DNA of 63,156 bases, counting the filler, from Reticulomyxa filosa (lineage: Eukaryota; Protista; Foraminifera), in NCBI GenBank assembly GCA_000512085.1. It is 18 parts of 18 records of this genome, joined end to end, with 100 filler letters (N's around TTAATTAATTAA, not from the genome) between each part and the next. Parts side by side here need not be neighbours in the genome. Positions count along the whole stretch, not along the records: positions 23,766 to 26,363 come from ASPP01005089.1; positions 26,464 to 35,446 come from ASPP01007997.1; positions 35,547 to 36,627 come from ASPP01041293.1; positions 36,728 to 44,425 come from ASPP01022151.1; 14 more parts are not named here. One strand, given 5' to 3'. The position numbers and the translations under genes were made by a program. A model generated the notes under the pieces. The model had not been told where the DNA came from. It was given only the letters and a program-made list of their open reading frames with translations, and did not search any database. Below are positions 25,421-38,985 of the stretch, piece by piece. Each line of letters starts with the position of its first letter. Position 1 is the stretch's first letter.

Positions 25421-25779
25421 TCCGCAACATTGGGATTGAATCTTGAGCTCGCGAGACATTGAGCATTGATGATAAGTGAAGAGAGAGCCGGTTGCATTTT
25501 TTAACTCCATCGCTGCGATAGTCGCATTCCTTGTGTTTATCGATCCAGGAGACAATTTGGCGCTTGTTTCGATTATGGGCTACAGAAGACGTGTTGGATG
25601 AGAATCAATACTTTGTATTCGCTGCATTATCCTAGTACTTGGTAAAAAATAAAGTGTGTGTATTGCCAATTTGTGTTTGTTTGAGTAGGATTTGAATAAT
25701 CAATTTTGAATTGTAAAGACATAGAGATCGTTGGCGTACTCAAAAATCATGTTCAACTATCGCACGCAAGAAAGGAAGA

Positions 25780-26270
25780 AAGAAGACCAACAAAGAATAC
25801 GCCCAACAATGAAGAAAAAGAGCCATTGGATCTCCAATTACAAACATTGTCCAATGGGACACATTGCGATGAAGCGAGCACTTCCAATAGTAAGCTTTAT
25901 CCAAGGTCAAAGTGTGTTTGTCATCACAAGGGCAAAGAGATTGGATGAATTTCGTAGTTGGAAAATGTCCATTATATGATGGCACTAGAACAATGGGACA
26001 AGATTACCACAGATCAATAACAAATAATCTAGATCTTGGCGCCGCCATAACATAAAAGCAATCTCGTCAAGGAGAAAGTAAAAAAAAAAATAGTGAAAAC
26101 GATGTCGCAATTATAGTGTAGCGACTGAACTGGAGAAGAAGTAGATGGCGATGAAAAAAAAGGCAAGGAAGTTGTCATGAAATACACATTGATACCGATC
26201 GAGCAAACGACTACATCAGGAGAATTACTCCGTGTGAAAGTGGCCCAACCTGGTGGAGGAGTTTTCTAAA
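25780..26270 (+). repeat. Degenerate coding-like repeat, copy B
   Basis: Direct-orientation paralog of 24680-25090. Confidence 0.7.
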
Positions 26271-26465
26271 GCAAGAACAGCGAAACGATAAGAAGGATGA
26301 TGCATTGAACAAAAAGAATTCCTAGTATATATCATGTTGGATTTTTTTTTTTTTTTTTTTTTANNNNNNNNNNNNNNNNNNNNNNNNNNNNNNNNNNNNN
26401 NNNNNNNTTAATTAATTAANNNNNNNNNNNNNNNNNNNNNNNNNNNNNNNNNNNNNNNNNNNNAT

Positions 26466-27227
26466 GGAGTCAACTCAAACCATCTTTCCATCTCGAAACA
26501 CCACAATCAAGACATTCATTTCAGAAATGAACTCCCGGCTGCTGTTGCACAGAAAATGCCAACTGCCGCTCCCAAACGCTTACTCGTCGATCCAAAGACA
26601 ATCAATTTGAGGTCTTATCAAACATACTGCCAGTTGCAGTATATTCAAACGGATCCCTCCACCCAACTATTTCATCCTATTTTCTCCCCTGTCTCTTCTG
26701 GCTTTATTGGTAATTTTTTTTTTTTTTGTGTGTATTAAGTTTATATTACTTGGTTTTTTTTTTTTTTGTTAAAAAAAAAAAAAAAACATTCAATCAAAAC
26801 ATGCCGGCAAAAAGAAATGAGAGACGAAAAAGAAGAAATGTTTGCTGATGCCATTCTTCCGGCATCACAACGCCAACAAACAGGAAATAGAAATGCAGGG
26901 GATAACAAAGCCTTTGCCCATCGAAAGGACGAAGAGGACATTCCCCGCAGCATGTCATTGGAAGAGGCCTTGCAATTGCCTCCGGATCATCATTTACAAG
27001 TTGATATTGGAAGGGGAATTTTAAAAAAAACTTTCTTGCCAATTGAAGCCGTTTTAGATATGAAGAAAATCAACTTGTATCAACCCACTTTCAAAAGAAA
27101 AGATTGGAGCATCGACTATGTGTTGGTCAACTTTCCTGTCAACCATGTTAAAAACTATGTTTTGGGAAAAAGGGGTGGCTTGTCGGACCATTTTTTTATT
27201 ATCACTGAATTTAACCCTACCGAGTAA
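26466..27227 (+). CDS. Endonuclease/exonuclease/phosphatase (EEP) fold protein, C-terminal exons
   Basis: PTF...SIDYVLV...GGLSDHFFIITEF are the terminal EEP motifs. There is an open upstream exon at 26466-26709 and a GT-AG intron. A stop follows shortly after SDH, so this is a host enzyme rather than a LINE ORF2. Confidence 0.75.
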
Positions 27228-27672
27228 GCGCTGAAGTGTTAAAAGAAGATATATTGTTGTTCCGCATCAGTCCGGTCTACAGTTGTTGTTTTTTTTTTTG
27301 AATTGAATCGTGATTGAAGAGCGATTCGCTTTGTATTTGTTGTTTATCTGAAAAGTATTGAACATTTGTTTCGAGTTGGTTGTGTGAGTTGAAGTTCCAA
27401 GAAACTGAAAACGATGGCCTCTTTTTTTCTTTTTTTTATGGTATGTTTCAAAAACCTTGTTTGTAAAAAAAAAAAAGTCTTCAATTCATGATGAAGGTTG
27501 AGCCATTTGTGCAGTCAAATTTGCCTTTGAAAATATTTGAGTTTTTCACTTGTTTGATTTAAACACTTTGAATGTGACGAGAAAAAAAAACTCACCAAAA
27601 ATTGGGGTTTTTGATTATTACAATAACCATTTGACCAACTTGTTAAGTGCAAGCTTTGTTGTTAACGTTCTT

Positions 27673-29510
27673 TTAATTGTCCACGTTTTCCCACAAAGAA
27701 AAATCAAAGCGATCCATAGCCAAAAATGGAAAAATGTCAAAAAGTTGCTGGAGACGTGCATTACAAGGTTGATAGAAGCTGTATAACTTTTTTTTGACAC
27801 CACTATTCAATTTCGTTGTAAAAGCACTTGTTTTTTCAGTATCATGTGCATTGTATTGGAGTTGCGTGATTTGGCTAGTGCGGCAAGAATACGGTTGATT
27901 ATATGTAATGTTGTAAAGTGGCGCTTCAACCCATTCCTGAATGCGTTGAATAGTTTGTGGGACATCTTTGAAAAATAATTCGGATTGGATGACTCGAATA
28001 TTATCAAGATAACCACCATTAGAATGACCCCGTGTTTGAAATAGATCAGAGTTGAACGTAACAGTTTCGTTATGATGATTCCATTGAATCAGGTCATATA
28101 CCTTTGCCCACATTAATAATGGGAAGTAATAACAGCTCACAATCCCCCTAACCTCAAACTTGTCATCAGCATGATGAAAAATGTAGGTATTGTACAAAAG
28201 CAGTTGCTTCGTCAGCATTTGATAGCAATTTTTTTTATTTGTTGGCGTCGTCGGCACTTGTGTCGAGCCAATGCAATCCGACCGAATGTTCTTAATCATT
28301 GGGTAGTCATCCACTAGTATTTGTCTTTTGTGATCCCCCCCCCCCCCGGAGAAAAAAAAAAAAAAAAGCATGTACAACAACAGCAACAAAAAACTTGCAA
28401 TATGCTGCGAAAATAAAAGTAATGTATACGTAGGTATAAACAATGCATTGTATTTCAATGTATTTACAATGCACACCTGAATTGGAATTCAGTGTTGCTA
28501 TTGATGCTATTGAGAAGCCAGCTTTGCGATTGTGGACCGAATCCGTCATTTTCAGTAAAGTGTAGCATTTGTGAGAACAGCCTGCGAACGGGGTCGCGAA
28601 GCAAGACAATGAGTTTGGTGTAGGGATAGTAAGTAGAAAGGATTGTAGCAACGTGAGGCTCGCGTACATAAGCCGGGGTTTTCTCAAAGAAAAGTCGTTG
28701 AGACATGAGTCTCTGGTCAAAAACGACTTTGGGCTCGCGGTTGGGAGCCCTGACACGTAGTTTGTGCGCAATAGTTCCCCATCTCGTCATGTAATGATCA
28801 TGACTGCAACGATTAGCAAATCTACGAAGGTTGTGCAAATGGAAAACGTCCCAATCCATGTCGATTACATTTCGAATGGATAAGCGTTTATTTTCTGCCA
28901 TTATGATCTGGTACATTCTCATGTTCTTCGGTGATATCGACCTGAAATCGAGAAATCGCTTCGAATATACGTTCATGTCCAACATCGACCCAATACTTGT
29001 CGTGTTGTCAATAAATATACAAGGTATTCCGAAGCTCAGCTGATCGATTGGCAAACAATTGCTCCAATAAAATGTCTCTGGTTGATTACTATGCAAGAAT
29101 TGCCCACACACTTTTTGCAATACTTGGCCCAACGTTGTCGTTCCGCTGTGTGCCGTACCCATTATTATAAACGTTGGTTGGGGAAGCTTTTTTATGTCAA
29201 GTGGTACAAACAATGAAGAATTACTCTTTTGTGGCCGGCTTAGCTCCGCTCTTAGTACATTATTTTCCTGCTTTTGTTCTTTTTCCATTAACGGAGGATA
29301 CGCTTTTGCTGTCGACAAAACCTTCTCTTCTTTTGCTGATGAAATTCTCTCCTCTCCTACTAATTGCAATTTTCCTTCTTCCATTGATGACAGCTTTCTT
29401 TCTTGCTCAGAATCCACAAACGCAAACAAAGACCGGCAAATAGCTATTGCTGCTACCACCGCTATTATTGCAATGATTCGAACAGAACACTCAATCCGAA
29501 CACCTGTCAT
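27673..29510 (-). CDS. Type II membrane PAPS-dependent sulfotransferase (heparan-sulfate ST/NDST-like fold)
   Basis: N-terminal signal anchor, 5'-PSB PTFIIMGTAHSGTTTL, FEKTPAY, 3'-PB KLIVLLRDPVRRLFS and L..FY.P.N.RL..L. Exons 29510-28477 and 28324-27673. Confidence 0.88.
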
Positions 29511-29819
29511 TTCCTTATATTTCTTTATTATCAAAATCAATCAAAACTGTTTGGCATGCCACATGACAAAGCCAACAAAGGGCCTTCCGTGAAGAAAAAC
29601 AAACAAATATACTCAGCAACACCGTGGCATTTTTCATTTTTTAGATATAAGAGAGAAACAAAAATCTGCAAGAACTTAAAGAAAGATTTTCCTTGCTATT
29701 GTTGCAAAAGACGTCAAGCAATATGTCAACTTTTAGATCGTAAAGGGGATTACGAAGTTGAGGAAGTTTGTGAAAGCGATCCGAGACCATTTTTAGCAAA
29801 ATAAAGTTAGCAGTCGAGC

Positions 29820-32800
29820 ATGTCGGCCCATTTAGCCCAAGGAGATATAGTCATGATTTATTTGGCAAAGAATGCGACAGCTATTGGGCTGATTCGTTTC
29901 ATAGGAACAGTATTCAACGCCGGAACAAAACCCTACGTAGGAATGGAAATGGTGGAGCCGATTGAGCAGGGACATGATGGTACGATAAATGGATTTTCCT
30001 ATTTTAAAGCCCAGAGAGGATGCGGTATTCACGTAGAATTGGCGAAAATTGTGAAAAAGCTAACAAACGAAGAAATTTTCTTGAAATTGAGAGAAATGAC
30101 TCAAATGTTTAAAGTTAGGTTTAGATATAGGAGGAAGAGGGATCAAAGTTGATATACAAAATGCATTAAATTTGCTCTACTTTCTCTCAACATTTTAAAC
30201 ATGAAAGGTAAGATGGAAAGATTGTTCAACTGCAGTGGGAATGTACAATCAACATGTGCAAGCGCATAACACTTTGGAGCGTGAGTGTCGCATGTACGGA
30301 ACGTTTTCGAGTAGCCTTTCATCGCAAACGAAACATGATCACAATTACAATAACGCAAGTATTCATGAGCATGTAGGAACACATCGAGGCGTATCTCAGA
30401 GCAACAAAACCCGAGTGATATACACTCACACGATTCCAATGAGTGTCATTCATCCTTGCCTTTGTCTTCATTTGGCCCTCAAAATAAACCTGGAACTATA
30501 CCTGCGAATATCCCTTCAACAACGACAAATACAACAGATTCATTTAACAGTCTTCGAAATTGCAAAAACACCTCTTTGTTTCATAAAAATGAGTGTCCAA
30601 ATGAAGCTGGTCTTTTCTTTTTTTTTTTTTTCCTTGTTGTATGCGTGTTTTTTTTTTTTTTTTTAAGTATACGTACTGTCACTTTGCAAAACAAATATAA
30701 TTTTTTTTTTGAATTGATCGTTATTATTATTGCTCTTTTGTGTGCAATGAATGAAAAGGACCAAATCACATACCATTTGCAAACAGTATCAACACGGCCC
30801 AGATACGAGACTGTACAGCCTCATTTACAAGCGATACAAACGTATGTGTAATTGTTTTTGTATTGCAGTTCTTTTAAACATAAATTGATCACGTTTCCGA
30901 CGGATAATGAATGTACTTTGTTGTTGTTGGATATCTTCACGATTTTAAGCACAATGAAACATGTCCAATACGCCGACGTGCATCAAGTCAAACATACGTA
31001 CCGACGGACGAGATTACCCCTGTCCAAGTGGGAAGAGGTAATGGCAACCCAACGTATACAGATGCAGCCAACATAGAACTATCAGGACAATATCGTGATG
31101 GGACAGGTGAAGATGACAAAGAGAATGAGACGATCAATGCAGTGACGGCTACGAGAGCGAGACGGTCATGGACGTGGACAGGGAGCATCACGGCCTTGAA
31201 GCCAATGCGATCACAGCCCCAAACACATCAACCATTGATGTTGCAAGAAGACAATTACCATGACCGATCTCAGGTGAATACTCAGTTGCAAAGCACTTGC
31301 AGCTCTCATCAAACCGTTGTTCAGAGAAACCAAGAGAACACGGAGCTTGCAAAAAGCGTTTAAACGCAATTGATCTCCTTCAAGATGCCAGTCGTCTCAA
31401 TTCACATCACAGTTTCATATCCTTTTTCTTTTTTCTCCTCCCTTTCCAATGAACAACAGTACAAATGAATCTACAAGAAAATGTGCAAACAGCGACCAAA
31501 GTACATACAACTCCGAAGAATAATCCGAGAAGTGCAATTCCTCACCACACCTACATAAGAACTACGTTGGAAGAAGAAAGAACAGCAAAGTCGACACACG
31601 AGAATCGAAACAGTTATGTAAATAACTCCCAAATCCAAAGTGTTAATGCAAGCGAGCGTGATAATTTCAGCGCTACGAAAGTACACTTCAAACAAGGTGC
31701 AAAATGTACAACAAATGTCAAACCGATCCCCTTTCTTTCTGTAGACATCAAACAACAACCCAGACAATGTGATGGAACAACTCCGAGGTTGATGCTTGTT
31801 AACACTCCATCGTCTCCAATGGTTGTCCAGAGACAGTCCCTCTTCACTACCACAAACAAGGCCAGAAAGGGAACACGTGTTCCTGCGGATGGTCAAGAAC
31901 AAGAAGGAAGACTAGAACATAACCAAAAGGATTTTACGCTATCATCCAAAGCGGACAAAAGAGCTTCAGGATCTACAACCAAACAGCATTCAAACTGTAA
32001 AGAAGGAACAATAATAAAGCGCAGAGGCAAAAGCAATGCCATTACCTTGCAGGGCAATGAGGAAAAAGAAACAAGTTCATTGAATAATGCGAACAAAGAC
32101 AGCAATTGCCATTACAGTTTTTTTCTTTATCAGAGAGTTTGCAAGAGGGGTGAAAACAAAAAATAGCAAACACTGGAAGAGGTAGTGTTGACGGGAAACT
32201 ACATTTCAATACAAATAGGATCAGGAGTGGGCAAGACTACTTCAAATTTGCACGTAAGTGCCAGACAACACTGCCCACCCTCCACGGGACATAACAAAGG
32301 AAAAGAAGGTGACCGACAAGCGCATGAATGTACTATTTCAAGTAACAACGAACAAACACAAACACTCAGACCATCCTCTCAACAATGCAAGATGCCAATG
32401 GCAAATAATTGGCCACCTATTTCGACACCATCTTACTCTTTGCATCCAACATTCAATGCAACCGCTTCCAGAGCGTGCTCAAAGAATGGTCCATTACAGT
32501 GTAAAAAGCATCAAAGGGCGCTCTTATCTCCACTAAGTGTACCATTCGATCCTCGAGAAATCAATCCCACGCCATTATCACAAAATGCGTTGATTAACGT
32601 CCACGTTATATACACATATACATTTATAAATTTGTATATTCGTATATATCTTGCCATCCCTTTGCATTTCATGTTCTGACAGTAAACTGTTCCTGACAAA
32701 TAAGCTTCAAAAAAAAAAAAACAACAACAACAACAAACAAAAAAGGATGGCGGACGATTACACATGATGACATATCCACCTGCGTCAATGCAGCCTTCCT

Positions 32801-34150
32801 CCATCCCGAAAGGTAATGTCAACAGCAACAGCAGCAACAATGAAAAAAAGGCGGACAGAAACAAACAAGAAACAAGGCCAGGAGCAGTAGAATTTGGAAA
32901 CCGCACCGAAAGCAGCTGCCATGTTACCACAAATGGCGCCACGACATCATCGTCACGATATCTGCTGCAACGAACAATTTCGAACAGTGAAATGACGTCA
33001 CCAGAGATATCTCCTCATTACATGATCGGCGACATAGGCGATAATGACACCAGTTCCACGCCCCAGTTTACAACCACAGTAAGCAACAGGTCTGAATTGC
33101 ACACAAATTCAAACGCAAATTCGGACTTAACAAAGCGACAAAGCAACACGCAACACCACTTGTGGGATGACTCGAATATCGTCAATCCCAAAATGAATGC
33201 GGCGAAATCACAACCGTTGTTCCTTAGCACTGGAGCTACGATTGATGCCGTAACCAGTCAACGAATTAGTACTTGTAACAATAGTACTCATTCCCAGAAA
33301 CAATCCTTAACACGACCTTTGATATCTTTGGAAACAAAAAACAGTGTGTCGCATGTGCCACGTATGTGCCAGTTGTCTCCCAATATCTTCAACACTTATG
33401 GACAAGACGGTGTTGCCAGACCCTCCTTGATCAATCTTTCATCAACAAGCAATATAACGCTAAGCTCGAATCGCACATCGTCATTCTCACTTTCACCAGC
33501 ACAAACAACACGGTTGGATACACATCACTTACCCTCAACCCAAGGATCGCATCATTATTCCTTCGTTTGTCCAATACCCAAATCCACCAGAGATATCACT
33601 TGTGCGGACAGCCCTTATTTAGACCATCAGCTACTTAACAAACGTGCTACCGTTTCGTCGTCATTCAACGCAGCTCATTTGAATAATACCGTTGACCAAA
33701 AACAGTGCCGTCCTCGTCGTCGTCGTAATTCAACTGCATCTGCCAATCTTGAATTGCTGCGGAAGAATTCCTACTTCGACTTCGAATATTCACCCAATGA
33801 AAGGGGAGCGAAAAAACACAACCAAACCTCCCAAGCTGACCATCACCAAACTCTACCTCAAAATACTGCATTTCACCTTTCCTTACGAAATTCAGTTCAA
33901 CGTTCCATGTCTTCAAGCCCTGAAAATGTCCTTGTACAACAAGTTACAACAACTCATACATATAAAAAAAAAATAATATGGTGTCAAAACACTATAATTA
34001 TATATTGGTACTATTTTTTTGTATGATGAAATGAAGGCTCATGTGCGCACATTGACGGAGTCAAGTTTGTGGAGTGATAGTGGCTCTGATGAAGAACCTT
34101 GCCTTGCTACTATTATTTATGAACAAAATCATCCCCAGCAAAAAAGGTAG
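29820..34150 (+). CDS. CAP-Gly domain protein with long low-complexity S/T/N/Q tail, multi-exon
   Basis: GLIRFIG.....YVGMEMVEP..GHDGTING..YF......GIHV is a CAP-Gly domain. Successive open exons are separated by T/A-run introns, and the last exon ends in TAG at 34150. Internal boundaries are approximate. Confidence 0.78.
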
Positions 34151-34745
34151 TCATATCATAAATTCAATTGTTTTAATATCATATAATTGATGTATGGTTT
34201 TATTTATTTTATTTTATTGTTTATTTGCACACGACTTGTTTTTTTGCAATTTTTAAATTTTTTTGATTTTATATTTGATGGAAAATATTATTTTTAAAGT
34301 ACTGTTGCGCGTTTTTGATATATTATAAAATGTTTGGTTTTATTATATTTTTTCTGTTTTTTACTTTGTATAATTTAATCACTGATAGTGAAACATTTTT
34401 GTTTGTTTACTGTTGTTTCATTTATCCGTTGCTATTTTAGTTATGAAAAATGTATTAGAACATTTTTATACTAACTTTTAGGTTCTCAGGTTATAATATA
34501 AAATAGTCAACTATGAACTGAATATTGGTTATCCCACACTTACTTTCAATTGAAAAATTCAACAACTTCCAACGTCAATTTTTTTTTAAAATCTAAAGTA
34601 CAAATATAATAGCAAAAATATGTGAAAGCAGTGTTTCGAAATAATATATTTGTGTTTTTGTTTTGAGTGGTGTTGTTTTAGTAAGTTTGAAAAAGGGTCT
34701 ACATTATTGTTTTTTTTTCCTTCTTTTTGATATATATATCCGAAC

Positions 34746-35320
34746 ATGTCACAATTGACCCTCTTTCCAGATACTTCAAAACGAAATTCTGGGAAGACGG
34801 ATGGACCAGGTCCAGAACCAGAGCCGACGGTTGGGACTCCGCAAGAGTACACGACCTCTCTGGAGTTTAAAAAATTTCAGGACAAGCACATGGAAGCACT
34901 ACTAAAAGATGAAGATTTGGCAAGCTGTAAAGTGGCGGTGGGTTATGGAATAGTGAAAGCAGAATTTCCAGTGGTTCGAGCAAATTTAGCAAAACTGAGT
35001 GAATTTTTCAGGTTGCAATTATAGGATGAGAACAACTAATACAATTAAAATAAAAAAGGTGAAAAGAAGACAAAGTAATAACATTGAATGTTGATTGCCT
35101 TTGACAGAAAGAAGTTGTATGATGACGACGATGATGATCCAAAATTTAAGTTTATCCCCGCACCGGCGTTTGAAGTGATATTGCGGACAGCATACCACCT
35201 GGACCCCAAATTGGATGGAAAGAATGTGATCCAAACACTGTACGTGAGCAAACGACTGAAGTTGGATGAATTGCGCAAAGAGTGTGAGCGTTACTTACGC
35301 AAAAATATTAACCCTCAAAC
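34746..35320 (+). CDS. BTB/POZ domain protein, 3' truncated
   Basis: V.VG....EFPVVRANLAKLSEFFR | I.APAFEVILRTAY....LDGKNV..TL..S.RL.LDELRKECE.YL.KNINPQ. Confidence 0.85.
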
Positions 35321-35409
35321 GTGCTCCATATATGGGACCAAGCAATGAAATACAAGTATTGTTCCAAGCTCAAAATCGACTTTCGAAGTCCACCAAAAGA
35401 TCACAATCA

Positions 35410-35446
<37 letters not shown>

Positions 35447-35985
35447 NNNNNNNNNNNNNNNNNNNNNNNNNNNNNNNNNNNNNNNNNNNNTTAATTAATT
35501 AANNNNNNNNNNNNNNNNNNNNNNNNNNNNNNNNNNNNNNNNNNNNCAATCGCACTCACTCTTGCAACTCTCACAATAAAATTGTGAAAAAGAATTTTAA
35601 AATTGAATCAGTATCTTGAGAAGGCGTAAATAATGCAACTAAAAAAAAAAAGGTATACCATGTTCGAAGTAATGATTTGTTTTCTTATCACACTTACTTC
35701 AATTTTTCAAAATAAGTATGGATGGATGCAATGGCATACTTTAATGTATGCCCTCTTTTGGCGAAAGACAGCTATGGTATTCCAGTGTCAAAGAAATGAA
35801 ATGCGTTTGACAACAATAATTATGTGCTAATAACACAAAAACTTTGACAGACAAAGGAGCACAAACAAAAAAAAAAAAGTAAAGAAATTTTAAACACAAT
35901 GCAAATATTGAAATAATTTTCTTTATAAATCTTTGCTTTGAAATTGTAGGATAATATAAAATAATAAATTTCAGATATCCTTTGT

Positions 35986-36610
35986 TCAATAACTTTCTTT
36001 TTGTTCATTCATACTTATATTGTGATGTGTTCTATTAAATACAAAACTTTTACCTTCTCGATTACGAAACCATTCATAAATGATATCACCCAAACGAATT
36101 CGATATCCAATATTATGGTTTCGCAAATAACAATTTTCTGCATTACCTTGAGCAGGACGATATGACCAATTCTCTACAATTGATGGCAGTTTTTCTTTAC
36201 AAGGAAAGATATTACTGCAATATAAATGTTTCATAACCTCACTACTTTTATTATTTCTCAATATAAATGCATCTTTAATATAATTTTTCAAATATTCTTT
36301 ATGTTTGACATTTATATCATTACAACTAAATAAGGCTTTATTAATGTACAATCCTTATTTTTTGTTGATCCAATCTTATTTAAATGAGTATCAGATGAAA
36401 TAGTTTTCATCAATCGATTGTCAATTCGAATCAAAATAGGAGTAGATGTTTTACACAAACTCAAATAAATGGAATGATCTTCATGACCAATCACTAAACT
36501 CATTTCAAAATATTCACTATTGGATGATAATATTAGTGTTAAACGATCCACCATATTCCAACTTCAATCAGCAAGTAAATCTGGACAGATGTAATGAAGT
36601 CTCATGGCTA
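35986..36610 (-). pseudogene. Frameshifted gene remnant, unknown family
   Basis: Two overlapping ORFs (36554-36312 and 36351-35986) read as one protein broken by a frameshift and an upstream stop. Confidence 0.45.
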
Positions 36611-37202
36611 TAATATAATCCCAATATNNNNNNNNNNNNNNNNNNNNNNNNNNNNNNNNNNNNNNNNNNNNTTAATTAATTAANNNNNNNNNNNNNNNNN
36701 NNNNNNNNNNNNNNNNNNNNNNNNNNNCATTATTCTTCTAATTCAAACAAATAAACAAAGAAAAGAAAGACGTTTCGTTTTTAACAGATTGAGTTTTTTA
36801 CTTCTTTCGAATTTCCTTAATTTTGCTCACTTGTCCAAGCAACTCAGGTTTAAAGGTCAAGCACAGCACAAATTTGCTACGAATAGTTTTTATATTATAT
36901 TTCAATCAGAAATTTCAATACTTGAGAGATTTTTTGATAGTTTGACAATGCATAAGTTTTCCCATTTAATGGCATTTGAACTCAAACTAAATGTAAAATT
37001 GATAGTTATTTCTTTAATCTTATTATGTCCCCTTCAAATTAAAATTAAGACAAATACGTAAAAATAAATTATAATGATCTATACAAAAACAAATTCACTT
37101 CTACTGAAAAAAAATAACTTTGTTTGAAACTATTTCTTAAACGAAGAAAATACAAAGCATTCCGTACTATTGATTTAATATAGTATTTTTTGTGACATTG
37201 TT

Positions 37203-38160
37203 ATGTCTGGCAATTTGTGGAGACTTGGTAGTGTATCAAATTCATCGGTTTTGAATAACAACCAAGAAAAGCGCATTGACGAACAAAAAAATTTAAAAAC
37301 GGAATTAGACCCTTTTTGGCAAACTGTTCGTCAACAATTTGTACATATTTTTCTGAGTATAACCTTTTATTTAATGCTATTTTTTCAAATGTTATGTTGT
37401 ATTCACAGGTACTAATGTTACTTTTTTTTTTGTTGAATGTACTTGAAAAAATGGGAGCTGAACGATTTTATCAAAACATAAGCTGTTAGGTATTGCAAAA
37501 TATCACTTTGAATAATGACTATCATGGTGGAGCAACATGCTAAAAAACTAATAAAAGTTGAAGTATGTGGTTTGACGGATACAAGAAAGATCAAGGAAGT
37601 AGACAATATTTGAGACCCAATCAACGAAAAAGAAAAGAGCGAAATTCGACTAGTGAGTGTAGGCACATCAACTGACACAGTATAGGAATATATTAAAAGA
37701 TTGATGATAAAAAATGACTATATGTTCTGTGTGATCACAAATCAACTGGGAATTGGGAAGGCAATTATAAAAGACTGATTTTTTTCAGTTAGTTTTGATT
37801 TGCTTTTTAAGATAAAGAAAGAGAAGAAAAAAGTGGAGGATAAGTACGGACAAGTTCAACAAAAATGTATTAGTTTTTAAATAAAAATTGATAAGTTTCT
37901 ATTTTCAATATGGATTATATTTGTGGAAATATTTAATGAAAATTGACAGATCGCCAAAGAATTGATATAAGTAATACTGCATATTGGTGAATTTCAAGAT
38001 AGTTTAAAATATCACAACATTTAACTTGAAGTAAGCATGAAGATTTTAAGATATTTACATCCGAATGTGATGAATCAGATGAAAAATAGGATATTTCTTT
38101 GTATATTTGTTAGAAGAGAAATTAAAGTGTAAAGATTTACTTGTTATGTAAGCATAATAT
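37203..38160 (+). pseudogene. TPR-protein pseudogene
   Basis: GEFQDSLKYHNI*LEVSMKILRYLHPNV resembles kinesin-light-chain-type TPR repeats. Many stops. Confidence 0.45.
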
Positions 38161-38499
38161 GTTAACTTATTTTGGTTGTTGTTTAAAATTTCATAAAGTT
38201 TTTTCAAGTACAATTTTTGCAACAATTGTATTTTATCAAATGTTGTAATTTTTTTGTTTTGTTTGAAAAAAGGGTTAGTATAATTTTTTTTATAAAAGTG
38301 ATAACATACACTATATTTATGTCCATTTGACAATGTCTTGAAACAATCAAAACGAAATTGAAGTACATTATAATACAAAAGAAAGTTGACAAATAAAAAG
38401 GCATATTATAGAGATAATAGATTTTCTTCATGAAAAACAACATACATATAATTTTTTAAGAAATACATATGAATACTGTAGTTTTTAAATATGATTTTG

Positions 38500-38985
38500 G
38501 TTTTATTAAATATTTACTAATTGTTTCAAATCGATAAAGTCTATTTTGTTTGACCAATGTATAAGGCACAATACATTTCTATTATTTACTCCGATTATAC
38601 ATAGCAATCCTTGCAAATGGCCTTTTTCTCTCCAATTATCACTGTTTTTTCATTGTGAATTAATGGAATGCATTGATTTAACACTTTCCATTTAATTATC
38701 TTTTCGGTTTCCAAACACTAATATATTTCGTTACCAGCATGTGCTTCTTTTGATCCACATTTTGTCATCCAAATGATCTAATTTTTATTACGCAATGACC
38801 CTCCAATTTTATGTCGATTGGATATGAACAGATCAACTTGTATTCGTTTTGGAGAACATGATAAGAGTAGCAGTTAGGCTTATTGTAACCACCACAGATG
38901 AGAATTTCGTTGTCATATGCCACACATTGCGTTAAAGAAAGAGGCACAGGCAAAGGAGGCAAAGATTGAAATGGAAAATCATTAT
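38500..38985 (-). pseudogene. Kelch-like repeat protein pseudogene
   Basis: FQSLPPLPVPLSLTQCVAYDNEILICGGY...CYSYHVLQNEYKLICSYP..IKLEGHCVIK is a kelch repeat (GG, Y). It is followed by SFG* and KHMLVTKYISVW, with stops. Confidence 0.8.
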
